Part shown: positions 26,442 to 35,949 of the stretch, in pieces
How positions within the stretch are numbered: the stretch's first letter is position 1
How the letters are laid out: every line of letters begins with the position of its first letter
DNA from: Candidatus Multivoradales bacterium
Lineage (GTDB): Bacteria; Acidobacteriota; Thermoanaerobaculia; Multivoradales; JAHEKO01
Reading direction: 5' to 3'
Length of the DNA: 64,000 nucleotides
NCBI GenBank assembly: GCA_965223855.1
Contig: CBDCXM010000009.1
Span: forward strand, 2,656,001-2,720,000
Made by a program: the position numbers and the translations under genes
Notes under the pieces: generated by a model
What the model was told of the DNA's origin: nothing
What the model saw: only the letters and a program-made list of their open reading frames with translations
Databases searched by the model: none

Positions 26442-27278
26442 TCAGTCGAGGAAGAGGTCGCGGGCCAGCGGTGCTTCGGGGTCGACCGCGTAGTCGCTGA
26501 AGTCGCGCACGCCCTTTGCCTCCAGCACCTGCTCGTCGATGAAGAACCTGCCGGTACAGGTTGCCGACGGCTGGGTGACGATGGCATGGGCGGCGTCGGC
26601 CAGGATCTCCGGCTCGCGGCAGTTCTCCGGCTTCAGCATCTTGGCGAGCGGAGTGCCGACGAGCATGTTGAGTGCTGCGGTGCGAATCACCGTGCGTGGC
26701 CACAGTGCGTTGACTGCGATCCCGTCCTTCCGGAACTCCTCGGCCATTCCGAGCACACACAGGCTCATGCCGTACTTCGAGAGGGTGTAGGCGACATGGT
26801 TCGCCACCCACTGCGGGTCGAGATTGAGCGGCGGCGACATCGTCAGGATGTGCGGGTTCTCGGCCTTGCGCAGGTGGGGCAGGCACGCCTTGGAGCACAG
26901 GAAGGTGCCGCGGGCATTGACCGACCACATCAGGTCGAAGCGCTTCATCTGTGTTTCAGCGGTCGGAGTGAGCGAGATCGCGCTGGCGTTGTTGACGAGG
27001 ATGTCGATGCCGCCGAAGGTCTCGACGGCGGCGGCGACCGCCGCCTCGACCTGCTCTTCGTCGCGAATGTCGGTCGCCACCGCGAGCGCCTGCCCTCCCG
27101 CCGCCTCGATCTCCTCGGCCGCCGTGTAGATCGTGCCCGGGAGCTTGGGATGAGGCACCTTGGTCTTTGCCACGACGACCACATTGGCGCCGTCGCGCGC
27201 GGCACGGAGGCCGATGGATTTCCCGATACCCCGGCTGCCGCCGGTGATGAAAAGAGTCTTGCCTGCCAGTGTCGCCAA
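26442..27278 (-). CDS. Short-chain dehydrogenase/reductase (HSDL2-like)
   Basis: ITGGSRGIG, HPKLPGTI, LVNNASAI, YTLSK, NALWPRT. Confidence 0.93.
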   Translation of the reverse strand: MATLAGKTLFITGGSRGIGKSIGLRAARDGANVVVVAKTKVPHPKLPGTIYTAAEEIEAAGGQALAVATDIRDEEQVEAAVAAAVETFGGIDILVNNASAISLTPTAETQMKRFDLMWSVNARGTFLCSKACLPHLRKAENPHILTMSPPLNLDPQWVANHVAYTLSKYGMSLCVLGMAEEFRKDGIAVNALWPRTVIRTAALNMLVGTPLAKMLKPENCREPEILADAAHAIVTQPSATCTGRFFIDEQVLEAKGVRDFSDYAVDPEAPLARDLFLD

Positions 27279-27458
27279 GGTCGGACGCGCCTCCGCTGTT
27301 GGTTGCCGTGGATCGCCGCGCCTCCCCGGCGGCGGCAGAATCGCCGTACTCTATCGGTTCGCCGACGCCCTGCCGTCGCCTCCGGTGGGAAGGGCGCCGG
27401 AGGGTGCGACGCGGCGTCGTCACACACCGAGGATAGTCTGCCGCGGGAGGAGTCATCG

Positions 27459-27860
27459 ATGAGGGTTCTCGTACTTTGCACCGGCAACTCGGCGCGCTCC
27501 CAGCTCGCCGAGGCGTGGCTGCGTCACCTCGGCGAAGGCGCCGTCGAGGCGTCCAGCGCCGGCTCGGAGCCGTCGCGGGTACATCCCGATGCGATCGCCG
27601 TGATGGGTGAGAGAGGCATCGACCTCTCGGCGCACCGCTCCAAGCATCTGGACGAGTTTCTGGAGACCGAGTTCGACTACGTCGTCACCGTGTGCGATCG
27701 AGCGGCCGACCGCTGCCCGCTGTTCCCCGGACCCGCCGAGCGACTCCACTGGTCCTACCCCGACCCGGCCGCCATCGACGACGCGAGGGAGCGGCTCGAG
27801 GCGTTTCGCGCCGTCCGGGACGACCTCGAGGCGCGGATTCGCGCCTGGCTCGCCGGCTGA
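27459..27860 (+). CDS. arsC: Thioredoxin-dependent arsenate reductase (LMW-PTP fold)
   Basis: CTGNSARSQ, TVCD...CP, HWSYPDP; GGAGG RBS. Confidence 0.88.
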   Translation: MRVLVLCTGNSARSQLAEAWLRHLGEGAVEASSAGSEPSRVHPDAIAVMGERGIDLSAHRSKHLDEFLETEFDYVVTVCDRAADRCPLFPGPAERLHWSYPDPAAIDDARERLEAFRAVRDDLEARIRAWLAG

Positions 27861-27884
27861 CACCGAAGGGCGACTCCGAATCGG

Positions 27885-28760
27885 CTAGCCGAGGAGTTCC
27901 GCCGCCACCGCCGGCAGAAGCTCTTCGGAGCGCGCCGCCAGCACCTCGACCTGGTGCGGGACCGAGGGCAGTCGGCCTGCCGGATCGATCGAGATCATCG
28001 GGATCCCGCGCGCCGCACCGATCTGTGTCGCGTAGCTCGTGACCCCGACCGAGAACGAGGTGCCGACGAAGAGGATGATGCCGGCCGCAGCGAGCCGGGC
28101 CTCGACCTCGTCGAAGCGGTAGTCGCCGTGGCTCAGGTAGTCCTCGTCGAAGAACAGAACGTGGGGACGGAGCACACCGCCGCAGTCCGGGCAGCGTGGC
28201 AGCCGTGTCGCCTCGGGAGCGGCCCGGAAGGCCGCCACGTCGACCCGGTCGCGCGCGATCGAACCTGTGGGAGCGGCGAGGCGACAGTGCCCGACGTTGC
28301 CGCAGCGCAGTCGATCGGAAGAGCCGTGGACCTTGATGGGGTCGCGGCTGCCCGCCTGCTCGTGCAGGGTGTCGATGTTCTGGGTGACGAGGGTGAGCCC
28401 TGCGTCCTCCAGGCGCGCCAGTGCGAGGTGCGCCGGATTGGGCTGTGCCCGATCGACCGCCTCGAAACGCTCGAAGTACCAGCGCAGGTGATCCACCGGG
28501 TCGGCGCGGAAGTGCGCGAGCGTCGCCCGAGAGATCTCGTTCCGATTCCAGACCGCATCCGGGTCGCTGCCGCGGAAGGTCCTGAGACCGCTCGCCACGC
28601 TGACGCCGGCGCCAGTGAGAGCGAGAGGGGGTCCTTCCGCTGCTCGCCACAGACTCACCAGCCAGCGGGTCAGGCCGCCAAGGTCGACCGGCTCGGCATG
28701 CGGGCTCGGAGACTCGGGAGCTCCACGTCCCCGATCGTCAGAGGAAGTAGAGCTCATCAT
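27885..28760 (-). CDS. Sir2/CobB NAD-dependent deacylase
   Basis: TGAGVS..SG..TFRG, PNPAH, TQNIDTLH, VHGS, four Zn-binding Cys, VGTSFSV. Confidence 0.9.
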   Translation of the reverse strand: MMSSTSSDDRGRGAPESPSPHAEPVDLGGLTRWLVSLWRAAEGPPLALTGAGVSVASGLRTFRGSDPDAVWNRNEISRATLAHFRADPVDHLRWYFERFEAVDRAQPNPAHLALARLEDAGLTLVTQNIDTLHEQAGSRDPIKVHGSSDRLRCGNVGHCRLAAPTGSIARDRVDVAAFRAAPEATRLPRCPDCGGVLRPHVLFFDEDYLSHGDYRFDEVEARLAAAGIILFVGTSFSVGVTSYATQIGAARGIPMISIDPAGRLPSVPHQVEVLAARSEELLPAVAAELLG

Positions 28761-29232
28761 CGACCAGAGGTCTGGCAGATCGCGTGCCGGCCCCCTTGCG
28801 GCGCTGCCGGAACAGCTGTTCGAAGCCCGCCTCGTCGTCGTCGAGATCGCCGAAGTCCTTCTCGACCTCGTCCGGGTCCTCACCGGCTTCGAGGCGCGAG
28901 ACCATCGCCTCCATCTCGGGGCTCATCTCGAGGCCGGCCTTCTCGCCGAAGCGACGCATCAGGCCCGCCATCGCCCGGGGATCGTCATCGTTGCCGACCT
29001 GTTCGAAGTCCTGTGCCATCGACGCCAGTGCCTGGTCCATGCGCGCATCGTCGAACTCGCCGTCTTCGTCACTCCCGGTCGCGCCGGTCAAGGCGGCGAA
29101 GCGGGCGGGTTTGCGCTCCAGCCGTTCCCGTCCGCAGCGCGGGCAGTCGGGGCGCGACTCGGTGTCGATACGGGCCGAGAAGAAGTTGAAAAGGGCGTGA
29201 CAGTCGCTGCAGTAGAATTCGTAGATCGGCAT
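28738..29232 (-). CDS. FmdB-family zinc-ribbon protein
   Basis: MPIYEFYCSDC...CPRCG; acidic DPRAM...RLEAGEDP tail. Confidence 0.88.
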   Translation of the reverse strand: MPIYEFYCSDCHALFNFFSARIDTESRPDCPRCGRERLERKPARFAALTGATGSDEDGEFDDARMDQALASMAQDFEQVGNDDDPRAMAGLMRRFGEKAGLEMSPEMEAMVSRLEAGEDPDEVEKDFGDLDDDEAGFEQLFRQRRKGAGTRSARPLVDDELYFL

Positions 29233-29402
29233 GCGAACGGCGACTGTCTACCACAGTCGGGTCGCATGACGAGACGTCGAGCCGGACGCGCGGCTCAGCC
29301 GGAGCCAGGCCCATCGCGAGCGTTCCCGAAAGCCCCGATCGCCCCGACTCCGAAACTCCTCCCGCGTCGAGCGGTGGAGCCTCGAAGATCGCTGCGGGCA
29401 TC

Positions 29403-30998
29403 ATGGTCAGCCGCCTGCTCGGTCTCGTCAGGGAGGCGGTGCTGCTGCGCTATCTCGGTGCCGGCCCGCAGCTCGACGCCTTCAGGCAGGCGCTGCGCAC
29501 CGGCAATCTGATCCAGAACCTGCTCGGGGAGCAGACGCTCTCGGCCGCCTTCATCCCCGGGTACTCGCGAATGCTCGAGGAAGGGCGCGAGGAGGAGGCC
29601 GGCCGCTTCGCTGGAGCGATCTTCGGTCTGCTGCTGATGATCGCCGGTGCGCTCAGCCTCGTCGGGCTCCTCGGAGCGCCCGCCATCGTCGCCCTGTTCA
29701 ACCCCGGCTACCTGCAGGACGCCGCTCGGGTCGCCGCTGGCGAGGCGACGGTGGATCGGTTTGCGCTCGGCGTAAGGCTGGTGAGATGGACGTTCCCCAT
29801 GGCGGGAGTCCTGGTGTTGTCGGCATGGTCGGTCGGCGTCCTCAACTCGCATCGACGGTTCTTCGTCGCGTACTTCGCTCCCGTGGCTTGGAACGCGACG
29901 ATCATCGCCGCCTTCGCCTGGGTCGCGCGCGGCCTGCGACAGCCGGCGGACTCCATGGCGCTCGAATCCCTGGTGGTCGCCGGCGCCATCGGCGCGGCAC
30001 TCGGAGGCCTGCTGCAGTTCCTCGTGCAGCTGCCGACGGTGGCGACCGTCCTTCGTGGCTTCCGGTTGAGTCTGTCGATCCGGGTGACGGGCGTGCGCGA
30101 GGCGCTGGCCGCCTTCTGGCCGATGCTGGCGGGTCGCGGAGCGGTTCAGCTTTCCGGTCATCTCGACGGCGTCATCGCCTCGTTCCTGGTCGCCGGCGCT
30201 CAGGGGATCCTGCAGACGGCGCTCTTTCTCTACCTGCTGCCGCTGTCGCTCTTCGGGCTCGCGGTGGCCGCGGCGGAGCTGCCGGAGATGTCGCGCGAGA
30301 CGGCGCGCAGCGATGGCCGGGAGCGGCTGGCGAGCGCCATCCGGCGCAGCAGCTTCTTCGTCGTGCCGACGGCGGTGGGCTACGTCGCCTTCGGTCTCCT
30401 CATCGTCTCCGGGCTCTTCGGGCGGGGAGAGTTCGGCCTCGCCGACCGTTGGTTGCTCTACCTGGTGCTCGCGGTCTACAGCTTCGGATTGCCGGCGAGC
30501 GCCGTGACGCGGCAGCTCAACACTCTGCTCTTCGCCCGCGGACTCACGAGGATTCCGGCGCGTGTCGGCATCGAGAGGATGGTCCTGTCGGCCACCCTGG
30601 GTGGAGTTCTCGCCTTCGGTCTCGACGCCTATCGGGTCAGCGAGATCGTCGGGCTCGGAGCTGTCTCGCCGCTGCGACTGGGAGCCGTCGGCCTCGGGGT
30701 GGGAGGAATGCTGGCAGCCTGGTACGAACTGGCACGCGTGCGCGCCGAGCTGCGGCGGCATGTGGAAGCCCTTCGCGTGCCGGCGGCGGCGATTGCGCGG
30801 ATGGCGTTGGCAGCTGTCGTCGCGCTCCCGGCCGGGGGCGTCGCTCACTACTTCCTGCGCGACGCCGTGCCGTCCTGGGTGGCGACGATCGCGGTCGTGG
30901 CGCTGTACGCTGGGGCCTACCTGGTCGTGGCGCGATGGTTCGGGGTGTCCGAGCTGGGCGTCTGGCTCGAGGGCCTGTCGAGGAGGAGGCAGACATGA
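29403..30998 (+). CDS. murJ: Lipid II flippase MurJ (true N-terminus probably slightly upstream)
   Basis: SRLLGLVRE, DAF, LSAAFIP, APVAWN, QFLVQLP, LYLLPLSLFG. Confidence 0.92.
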   Translation: MVSRLLGLVREAVLLRYLGAGPQLDAFRQALRTGNLIQNLLGEQTLSAAFIPGYSRMLEEGREEEAGRFAGAIFGLLLMIAGALSLVGLLGAPAIVALFNPGYLQDAARVAAGEATVDRFALGVRLVRWTFPMAGVLVLSAWSVGVLNSHRRFFVAYFAPVAWNATIIAAFAWVARGLRQPADSMALESLVVAGAIGAALGGLLQFLVQLPTVATVLRGFRLSLSIRVTGVREALAAFWPMLAGRGAVQLSGHLDGVIASFLVAGAQGILQTALFLYLLPLSLFGLAVAAAELPEMSRETARSDGRERLASAIRRSSFFVVPTAVGYVAFGLLIVSGLFGRGEFGLADRWLLYLVLAVYSFGLPASAVTRQLNTLLFARGLTRIPARVGIERMVLSATLGGVLAFGLDAYRVSEIVGLGAVSPLRLGAVGLGVGGMLAAWYELARVRAELRRHVEALRVPAAAIARMALAAVVALPAGGVAHYFLRDAVPSWVATIAVVALYAGAYLVVARWFGVSELGVWLEGLSRRRQT

Positions 30999-31432
30999 GG
31001 ATCGCGATCGGATCGGACCACGCGGGCTACCGCTATAAGCAGGCGCTGATCGAGCGGCTGGTCGAGCTCGGTCACGACGTCGCCGACTTCGGCACCGACT
31101 CCGAGGAGTCGTGCGACTACCCGGACTTCATCGTTCCGGCGGCGCGTGCGGTGGCGTCTGGGGAGTGCGAACGCGGCATCGTGCTCGGCGGTTCCGGCAA
31201 CGGGGAAGCGATGGCGGCCAACCGGATCCGCACGGTGCGGTGCGCGCTGTGCTGGGACGTCACGACCGCCCGGCTGGCGCGCGAGCACAATGACGCCAAC
31301 ATGATCTCCCTCGGCGAGCGCCTGATCTCGCTCGAGACCGCCGTAGCGATCGTCGAGACCTGGCTGGCCACCGACTTCGAGGGCGGACGTCACATCCGGC
31401 GGCTGGGAATGCTCGATGAGATCGAGCCGTAG
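30995..31432 (+). CDS. rpiB: Ribose 5-phosphate isomerase B
   Basis: IGSDHAG, DYPD, GGSGNGE, AREHNDAN, FEGGRH. Confidence 0.96.
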   Translation: MRIAIGSDHAGYRYKQALIERLVELGHDVADFGTDSEESCDYPDFIVPAARAVASGECERGIVLGGSGNGEAMAANRIRTVRCALCWDVTTARLAREHNDANMISLGERLISLETAVAIVETWLATDFEGGRHIRRLGMLDEIEP

Positions 31433-31452
31433 TCGTCGAAGGAGGCGATTCG

Positions 31453-32019
31453 ATGGATCTTCAAGCCCTGCTCAGCATCTGCCTCGGGCTCGGCCTCGCG
31501 GCCGCCTGCGGCTTCCGGGTGTTCGTCCCGTTCCTCGTCATCAACCTCGCGGCCCGTGCGGGCCTGCTGACACTGACCGGGAGCTTCGAGTGGATCGCGT
31601 CGACGCCGGCGCTGGTGATGTTCCTCGTGGCGACGGTGCTCGAAATCGGCGCCTACTACGTGCCGTGGCTCGACAACCTCCTGGATACCGTGTCGACACC
31701 GGCGGCGGCGATCGCCGGGGTCGTCGCCTCGGCGTCGGTGATCACCGGTCTCGATCCGATGATCCAGTGGCCGGTCGCCGTCATCGCCGGCGGTGGCCTG
31801 GCGGGAGCGGTGCAGGCGTCGACGGTCGCCGCGCGCGCCGCCTCCACGCTCGGGACAGGCGGTCTCGCCAACCCGGTCGTCTCGACGGTCGAGACCGCGA
31901 GTTCGTTCGCTCTCACGGCGCTGGCGCTCGTGTTGCCGCTGCTGGCGGTGGCGACCGCGCTGCTGTTCCTGTTCGCCCTGCGCCGCGGGCTCTTCCGACG
32001 CCGCGCGGCAACCTCCTGA
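31453..32019 (+). CDS. DUF4126-like membrane protein
   Basis: GLGLAAACGFRVFVP, YYVPWLDNLLD, GGLANPVVSTVE. Confidence 0.8.
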   Translation: MDLQALLSICLGLGLAAACGFRVFVPFLVINLAARAGLLTLTGSFEWIASTPALVMFLVATVLEIGAYYVPWLDNLLDTVSTPAAAIAGVVASASVITGLDPMIQWPVAVIAGGGLAGAVQASTVAARAASTLGTGGLANPVVSTVETASSFALTALALVLPLLAVATALLFLFALRRGLFRRRAATS

Positions 32020-32077
32020 CGCGCCCGTCCGGGCCTTCCGGCGCCGCTTCGGCGCTGCCGGCCGACGGAGGAGGTCC

Positions 32078-34345
32078 GTGAGCTGGAGGATCGCCGTCGA
32101 TACCGGCGGCACCTTCACCGACTGCGTCGCCGTCGCTCCCGACGGTTCCCGGCTGCGGGCCAAGGTGCTCAGCTCGAGCACCCTTCGGGGAACCGCGCGA
32201 CCGATCGCCGACCGCCGCGTGCGGCTGACGATCGATGAAGGACCCTCTGTTCGCGACTTCTTTCGCGGCGGCCTGCTCGGCGTCGCGGGGGAGGCTTCGC
32301 AGCATCGGATCGTCGCCTCCGACGGTACCGAGCTGACGCTCGCGACTTCCTGGGCCCATGTCGAGGAGAGGGCGGCGGAGGTTCGCTTCGCGGAGCCGGC
32401 GCCGATCCTTGCCGCCCGATGGGTTACCGCGACCGCCGGAGGCGACCGCCTGCCGCCGGTGGAGCTGCGTCTCGCAACGACGCGCGCGACCAACGCTCTG
32501 CTCGAGAGACGGGGGGCGCCGGTGGCGTTCTTCGTCACCCGAGGCTTCGCCGACCTGCTGAGGATCGGCACTCAGCAGCGTCCTGATCTGTTCGCGGTGA
32601 GAGTCGAGCGAGCGGCGCCTCTTCACCACGTGGTGGTCGAAGTGTCCGAGAGGCTCGCGGCCGACGGCTCCGTCCTCGAACCGGTCGATCGCGAGTCGGT
32701 GCGATGCGGGGCGGAACGGGCTCGAGCGGCAGGGGCCGAGGTCGCGGCCGTGGCGCTGCTTCACGCCTATCGCAACCCCGAGCACGAGGTCGCGGTCGCC
32801 GAGGCGCTCACCGCGGCGGGGTTCGAAGCGGTGTCGTTGTCGAGCCGGCTGGCGCGGCGCCCGAAGCTCGTCTCGCGTGCCGAGACGGCGGTCGCCAACG
32901 CCTATCTGACCCCGGTACTCGATCGCTACGTCAGGGAGGTCGCGGCGGCCGTCGGAGAGGCGAACCTCCGCCTCATGACGAGCTCCGGTGGACTTCGTGC
33001 CGCAAGGGACTACGAACCGAGAGACAGTCTCCTCTCCGGGCCCGCTGGCGGGGTCGTCGGAGCCGCCGACGCGGCCGCGGAGATGGGGCCGCTTCTCGCC
33101 TTCGACATGGGCGGGACCTCGACCGACGTTTCGCGGATCGGTGGCACCCTGGAGTACTCCGAGGAGACGACCGTCGCAGGCGTTCGGGTGCTGGCACCGT
33201 CGCTCCCGATCGAGACGGTCGCTGCGGGCGGTGGTTCGATCTGTTCGTTCGACGGCCACCAGATGAAGGTCGGGCCCGAGAGCGCCGGGGCCGATCCGGG
33301 GCCCGCCTGCTACGGCGCCGGAGGCCCCCTGACCCTGACCGACGTCAACCTTCTGCTCGGCCGCCTCGACCCTGCGAAGTTCCCCTTTCCCCTTTCAGAA
33401 CTCGCTGCTCGTGAACGCGCCGATGAGCTCGTCACTGCCGCCGCTACAGCCTCGGGAGAGGAACTCGATTGGAGAACGGCATTGTCGGGGCTGCTCGAGA
33501 TCGCCGATGAGCGAATGGCGGAGGCGATCCGACGGGTCTCGCTACGGCGCGGCGTCTCGCCGCGAGAGCACGCGCTGGTCGCCTTCGGCGGTGCCGGTGC
33601 CCAACACGCGTGCAGCGTGGCCTCCCGGCTCGGCATCGAACGAATTCTGGTGCCGTACGAGGCGGGGGTTCTGAGTGCTTCCGGTCTCGCCGCGGCGCGG
33701 GAGGAGGCGATGGGCGAGCGTGCGGTTCTCGAGACCCTGGCCGACGTGGGGGAACGGCTCGGCGGCCTGCTGAAAGGGGCGGGCAGGGCGGCGGCCGAGC
33801 AGCTCGGGAAGGAAGATCACGAGGAGGGCGATCTCGAGCTCCGGCAGTTGGTGGAGTTGCGCTTGCTCGGACAGGAGTCGGCGCTCGTCATCGAAGGGGG
33901 GGAGGGGTGGCGACCGTCCGAGTGGGAGGCCGCGTTTCGCGCCGCCTATCGCGAGCGCTACGGCTACGACTCCGGCGACGAGGCGGTCGAGGTCGTTGCG
34001 ATCCGCGTGGTGGCGTCCCTGCCGGGATGGCAAGCCGACCCGTTCGATCTTGTCGGAGATCGCGAACCGGAAGGAGGCGAAGCGGCGCCTCGGAGGCGAG
34101 CCTGGGTAGGAGCGACGGGGATAGACGGCGACACCTCGACTCGGGAGGAGTTGGCGACCGAAACCGCCGGCGACGGTTGGCGAGAGGTCAGGTCGATGCA
34201 GTGGGATTCGCTCGGGACGGGCTGGAGCGGGCAGGGACCGCTCTTTGTCGACGGTCGCCATTCGACGGTGTTCGTCGCTTCCGGCTGGTCGTGCAGCCGG
34301 CGGCCGCGAGGCGACCTGCTGCTCGAGCGGAGGAGCTCGACGTGA
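32078..34345 (+). CDS. Hydantoinase A / 5-oxoprolinase N-terminal subunit
   Basis: VDTGGTFTD, ATTRATNALLER, LLSGPAGG, FDMGGTSTDVS, VAAGGGS, GPESAGADPGPACY. Confidence 0.93.
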   Translation: MSWRIAVDTGGTFTDCVAVAPDGSRLRAKVLSSSTLRGTARPIADRRVRLTIDEGPSVRDFFRGGLLGVAGEASQHRIVASDGTELTLATSWAHVEERAAEVRFAEPAPILAARWVTATAGGDRLPPVELRLATTRATNALLERRGAPVAFFVTRGFADLLRIGTQQRPDLFAVRVERAAPLHHVVVEVSERLAADGSVLEPVDRESVRCGAERARAAGAEVAAVALLHAYRNPEHEVAVAEALTAAGFEAVSLSSRLARRPKLVSRAETAVANAYLTPVLDRYVREVAAAVGEANLRLMTSSGGLRAARDYEPRDSLLSGPAGGVVGAADAAAEMGPLLAFDMGGTSTDVSRIGGTLEYSEETTVAGVRVLAPSLPIETVAAGGGSICSFDGHQMKVGPESAGADPGPACYGAGGPLTLTDVNLLLGRLDPAKFPFPLSELAARERADELVTAAATASGEELDWRTALSGLLEIADERMAEAIRRVSLRRGVSPREHALVAFGGAGAQHACSVASRLGIERILVPYEAGVLSASGLAAAREEAMGERAVLETLADVGERLGGLLKGAGRAAAEQLGKEDHEEGDLELRQLVELRLLGQESALVIEGGEGWRPSEWEAAFRAAYRERYGYDSGDEAVEVVAIRVVASLPGWQADPFDLVGDREPEGGEAAPRRRAWVGATGIDGDTSTREELATETAGDGWREVRSMQWDSLGTGWSGQGPLFVDGRHSTVFVASGWSCSRRPRGDLLLERRSST

Positions 34346-35949
34346 CCGGGCACTCGACCATCGAACTCGAGCTCTTCACTCACCGCTTCGAGGTGCTGGC
34401 GGAACAGATGGGCGACGTCCTGCAGCGGGTCGCGATGTCGGTCAACGTCAAGGAGCGCCACGACTTCTCGTGCGCCCTGCTGGACGCCGGCGGTCGGCTG
34501 GTCGCCAACGCTCCCCACATCCCGGTCCATCTCGGCGCCCTGGGCCTCTGTGTGCGGCGGGTGGCAGCGGCACTCGATCTCGGTCCGGGAGACGTAGCGG
34601 TGACCAACCATCCCGGTTTCGGCGGCTCTCATCTGCCTGATGTCACGGTCGTCACCCCGGTGTACGGCGAGGATGGAGAAAGGCTCGGATACGTTGCCAA
34701 CCGCGCGCACCACGCCGAGATCGGCGGCGTGCGGCCGGGCTCGATGCCGCCGGCCGCACGGACCCTGGCGGAAGAGGGGGTGGTGCTCCCGCCGCTTCAT
34801 CTCGTCAGGGCCGGGGAGTCCCGCTTCAGCGACATCGAACGGCTCCTGACCACGGCCCCGTACCCGAGCCGCAGCGTGCGCGAGAATCTGGCGGACCTCG
34901 AAGCCGCCGTGGCCGCCAATCGCAAGGGCGAGCTGCGCCTGCTGGAACTGGCTTCGGAGCATGGAGCCGATCAGGTCGCTAGGCGGATGCACGACCTCGC
35001 GGCCACGGCGGCGGCGCGGATGACCGAGGCGCTGGCGGCTCTCCCGGACGGCGAGTTCCGGGCTCGCGAGGCCCTCGACGACGGCACGCCGCTCGAGGTG
35101 AGGCTGGAGCTCCATGGCGGCAGGGCGACGATCGACTTCACCGGCACCGGCGCGGTGCATCCAGGCAACCTCAATGCGACCCCGGCGATCGTCTCGAGCG
35201 TGGTCCTCTACGTCCTGCGGCTGCTGCTCGACCGTCCCCTGCCGCTCAACGAGGGCCTGCTCGAGCCGGTCGAGCTGCTGCTGCCCGAGTGCCTGCTCAA
35301 CCCGCGCTTCGACGAGGATCCCGGTCGCTGCCCGGCGGTCGTCGGCGGCAACGTCGAGACCAGCCAGCGACTGGTCGACACGCTGCTCGCGGCGCTCGGG
35401 ATCTGCGCTGCGAGTCAGGGTACGATGAACAACGTCCTCTTCGGCACGTCGGAACGCGCCTCGCGGGGAGGCGGGCGCGGCGCCGGCTTCGGCTACTACG
35501 AGACTCTGTGCGGCGGCAGTGGCGCCGGCCCCGGCTGGGACGGTGAGAGTGCCGTGCACACGCACATGACGAACACCGCGATCACCGATCCCGAGAGTCT
35601 CGAGCTCCGCTATCCGGTGCGGCTCGAGGCGTTCGGAATCCGGAGGGGATCAGGTGGCGCCGGCCGGTGGCGCGGCGGCGACGGTGTTCGCCGCCGGTTC
35701 CTGTTCCTCGAGCCGCTCGAGGTTTCGATCCTCAGCCAGCGGCGGGAGAGCGGCCCCTACGGTGGTGCCGGTGGAGAGGCGGGCAGCCCGGGGGCGCAAC
35801 GCTGCCTGCGAGCCGACGGCACCGTAGAGGAGCTCGGCGGTGTCGTAGCGATCGATGTCGAACCGGGAGATCGGTTGGAGATCGAGACGCCGGGCGGGGG
35901 CGGGTGGGGAAGCGCAGCTTCCGAAGTAGCCGTAGAGGAAGACGAGTGA
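34342..35949 (+). CDS. Hydantoinase B / 5-oxoprolinase C-terminal subunit
   Basis: [59 protein letters not shown]; GGAGGAG RBS. Confidence 0.94.
   Translation: MTGHSTIELELFTHRFEVLAEQMGDVLQRVAMSVNVKERHDFSCALLDAGGRLVANAPHIPVHLGALGLCVRRVAAALDLGPGDVAVTNHPGFGGSHLPDVTVVTPVYGEDGERLGYVANRAHHAEIGGVRPGSMPPAARTLAEEGVVLPPLHLVRAGESRFSDIERLLTTAPYPSRSVRENLADLEAAVAANRKGELRLLELASEHGADQVARRMHDLAATAAARMTEALAALPDGEFRAREALDDGTPLEVRLELHGGRATIDFTGTGAVHPGNLNATPAIVSSVVLYVLRLLLDRPLPLNEGLLEPVELLLPECLLNPRFDEDPGRCPAVVGGNVETSQRLVDTLLAALGICAASQGTMNNVLFGTSERASRGGGRGAGFGYYETLCGGSGAGPGWDGESAVHTHMTNTAITDPESLELRYPVRLEAFGIRRGSGGAGRWRGGDGVRRRFLFLEPLEVSILSQRRESGPYGGAGGEAGSPGAQRCLRADGTVEELGGVVAIDVEPGDRLEIETPGGGGWGSAASEVAVEEDE

Noticed and set aside
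27459-27860. Arsenic resistance island
   Set aside because: Solitary arsC with no arsR, acr3 or arsB adjacent.
27885-28760. Sirtuin as an anti-phage Sir2 effector
   Set aside because: It has the full CobB-type Zn domain and size, with no TIR, Argonaute or HerA partner nearby.
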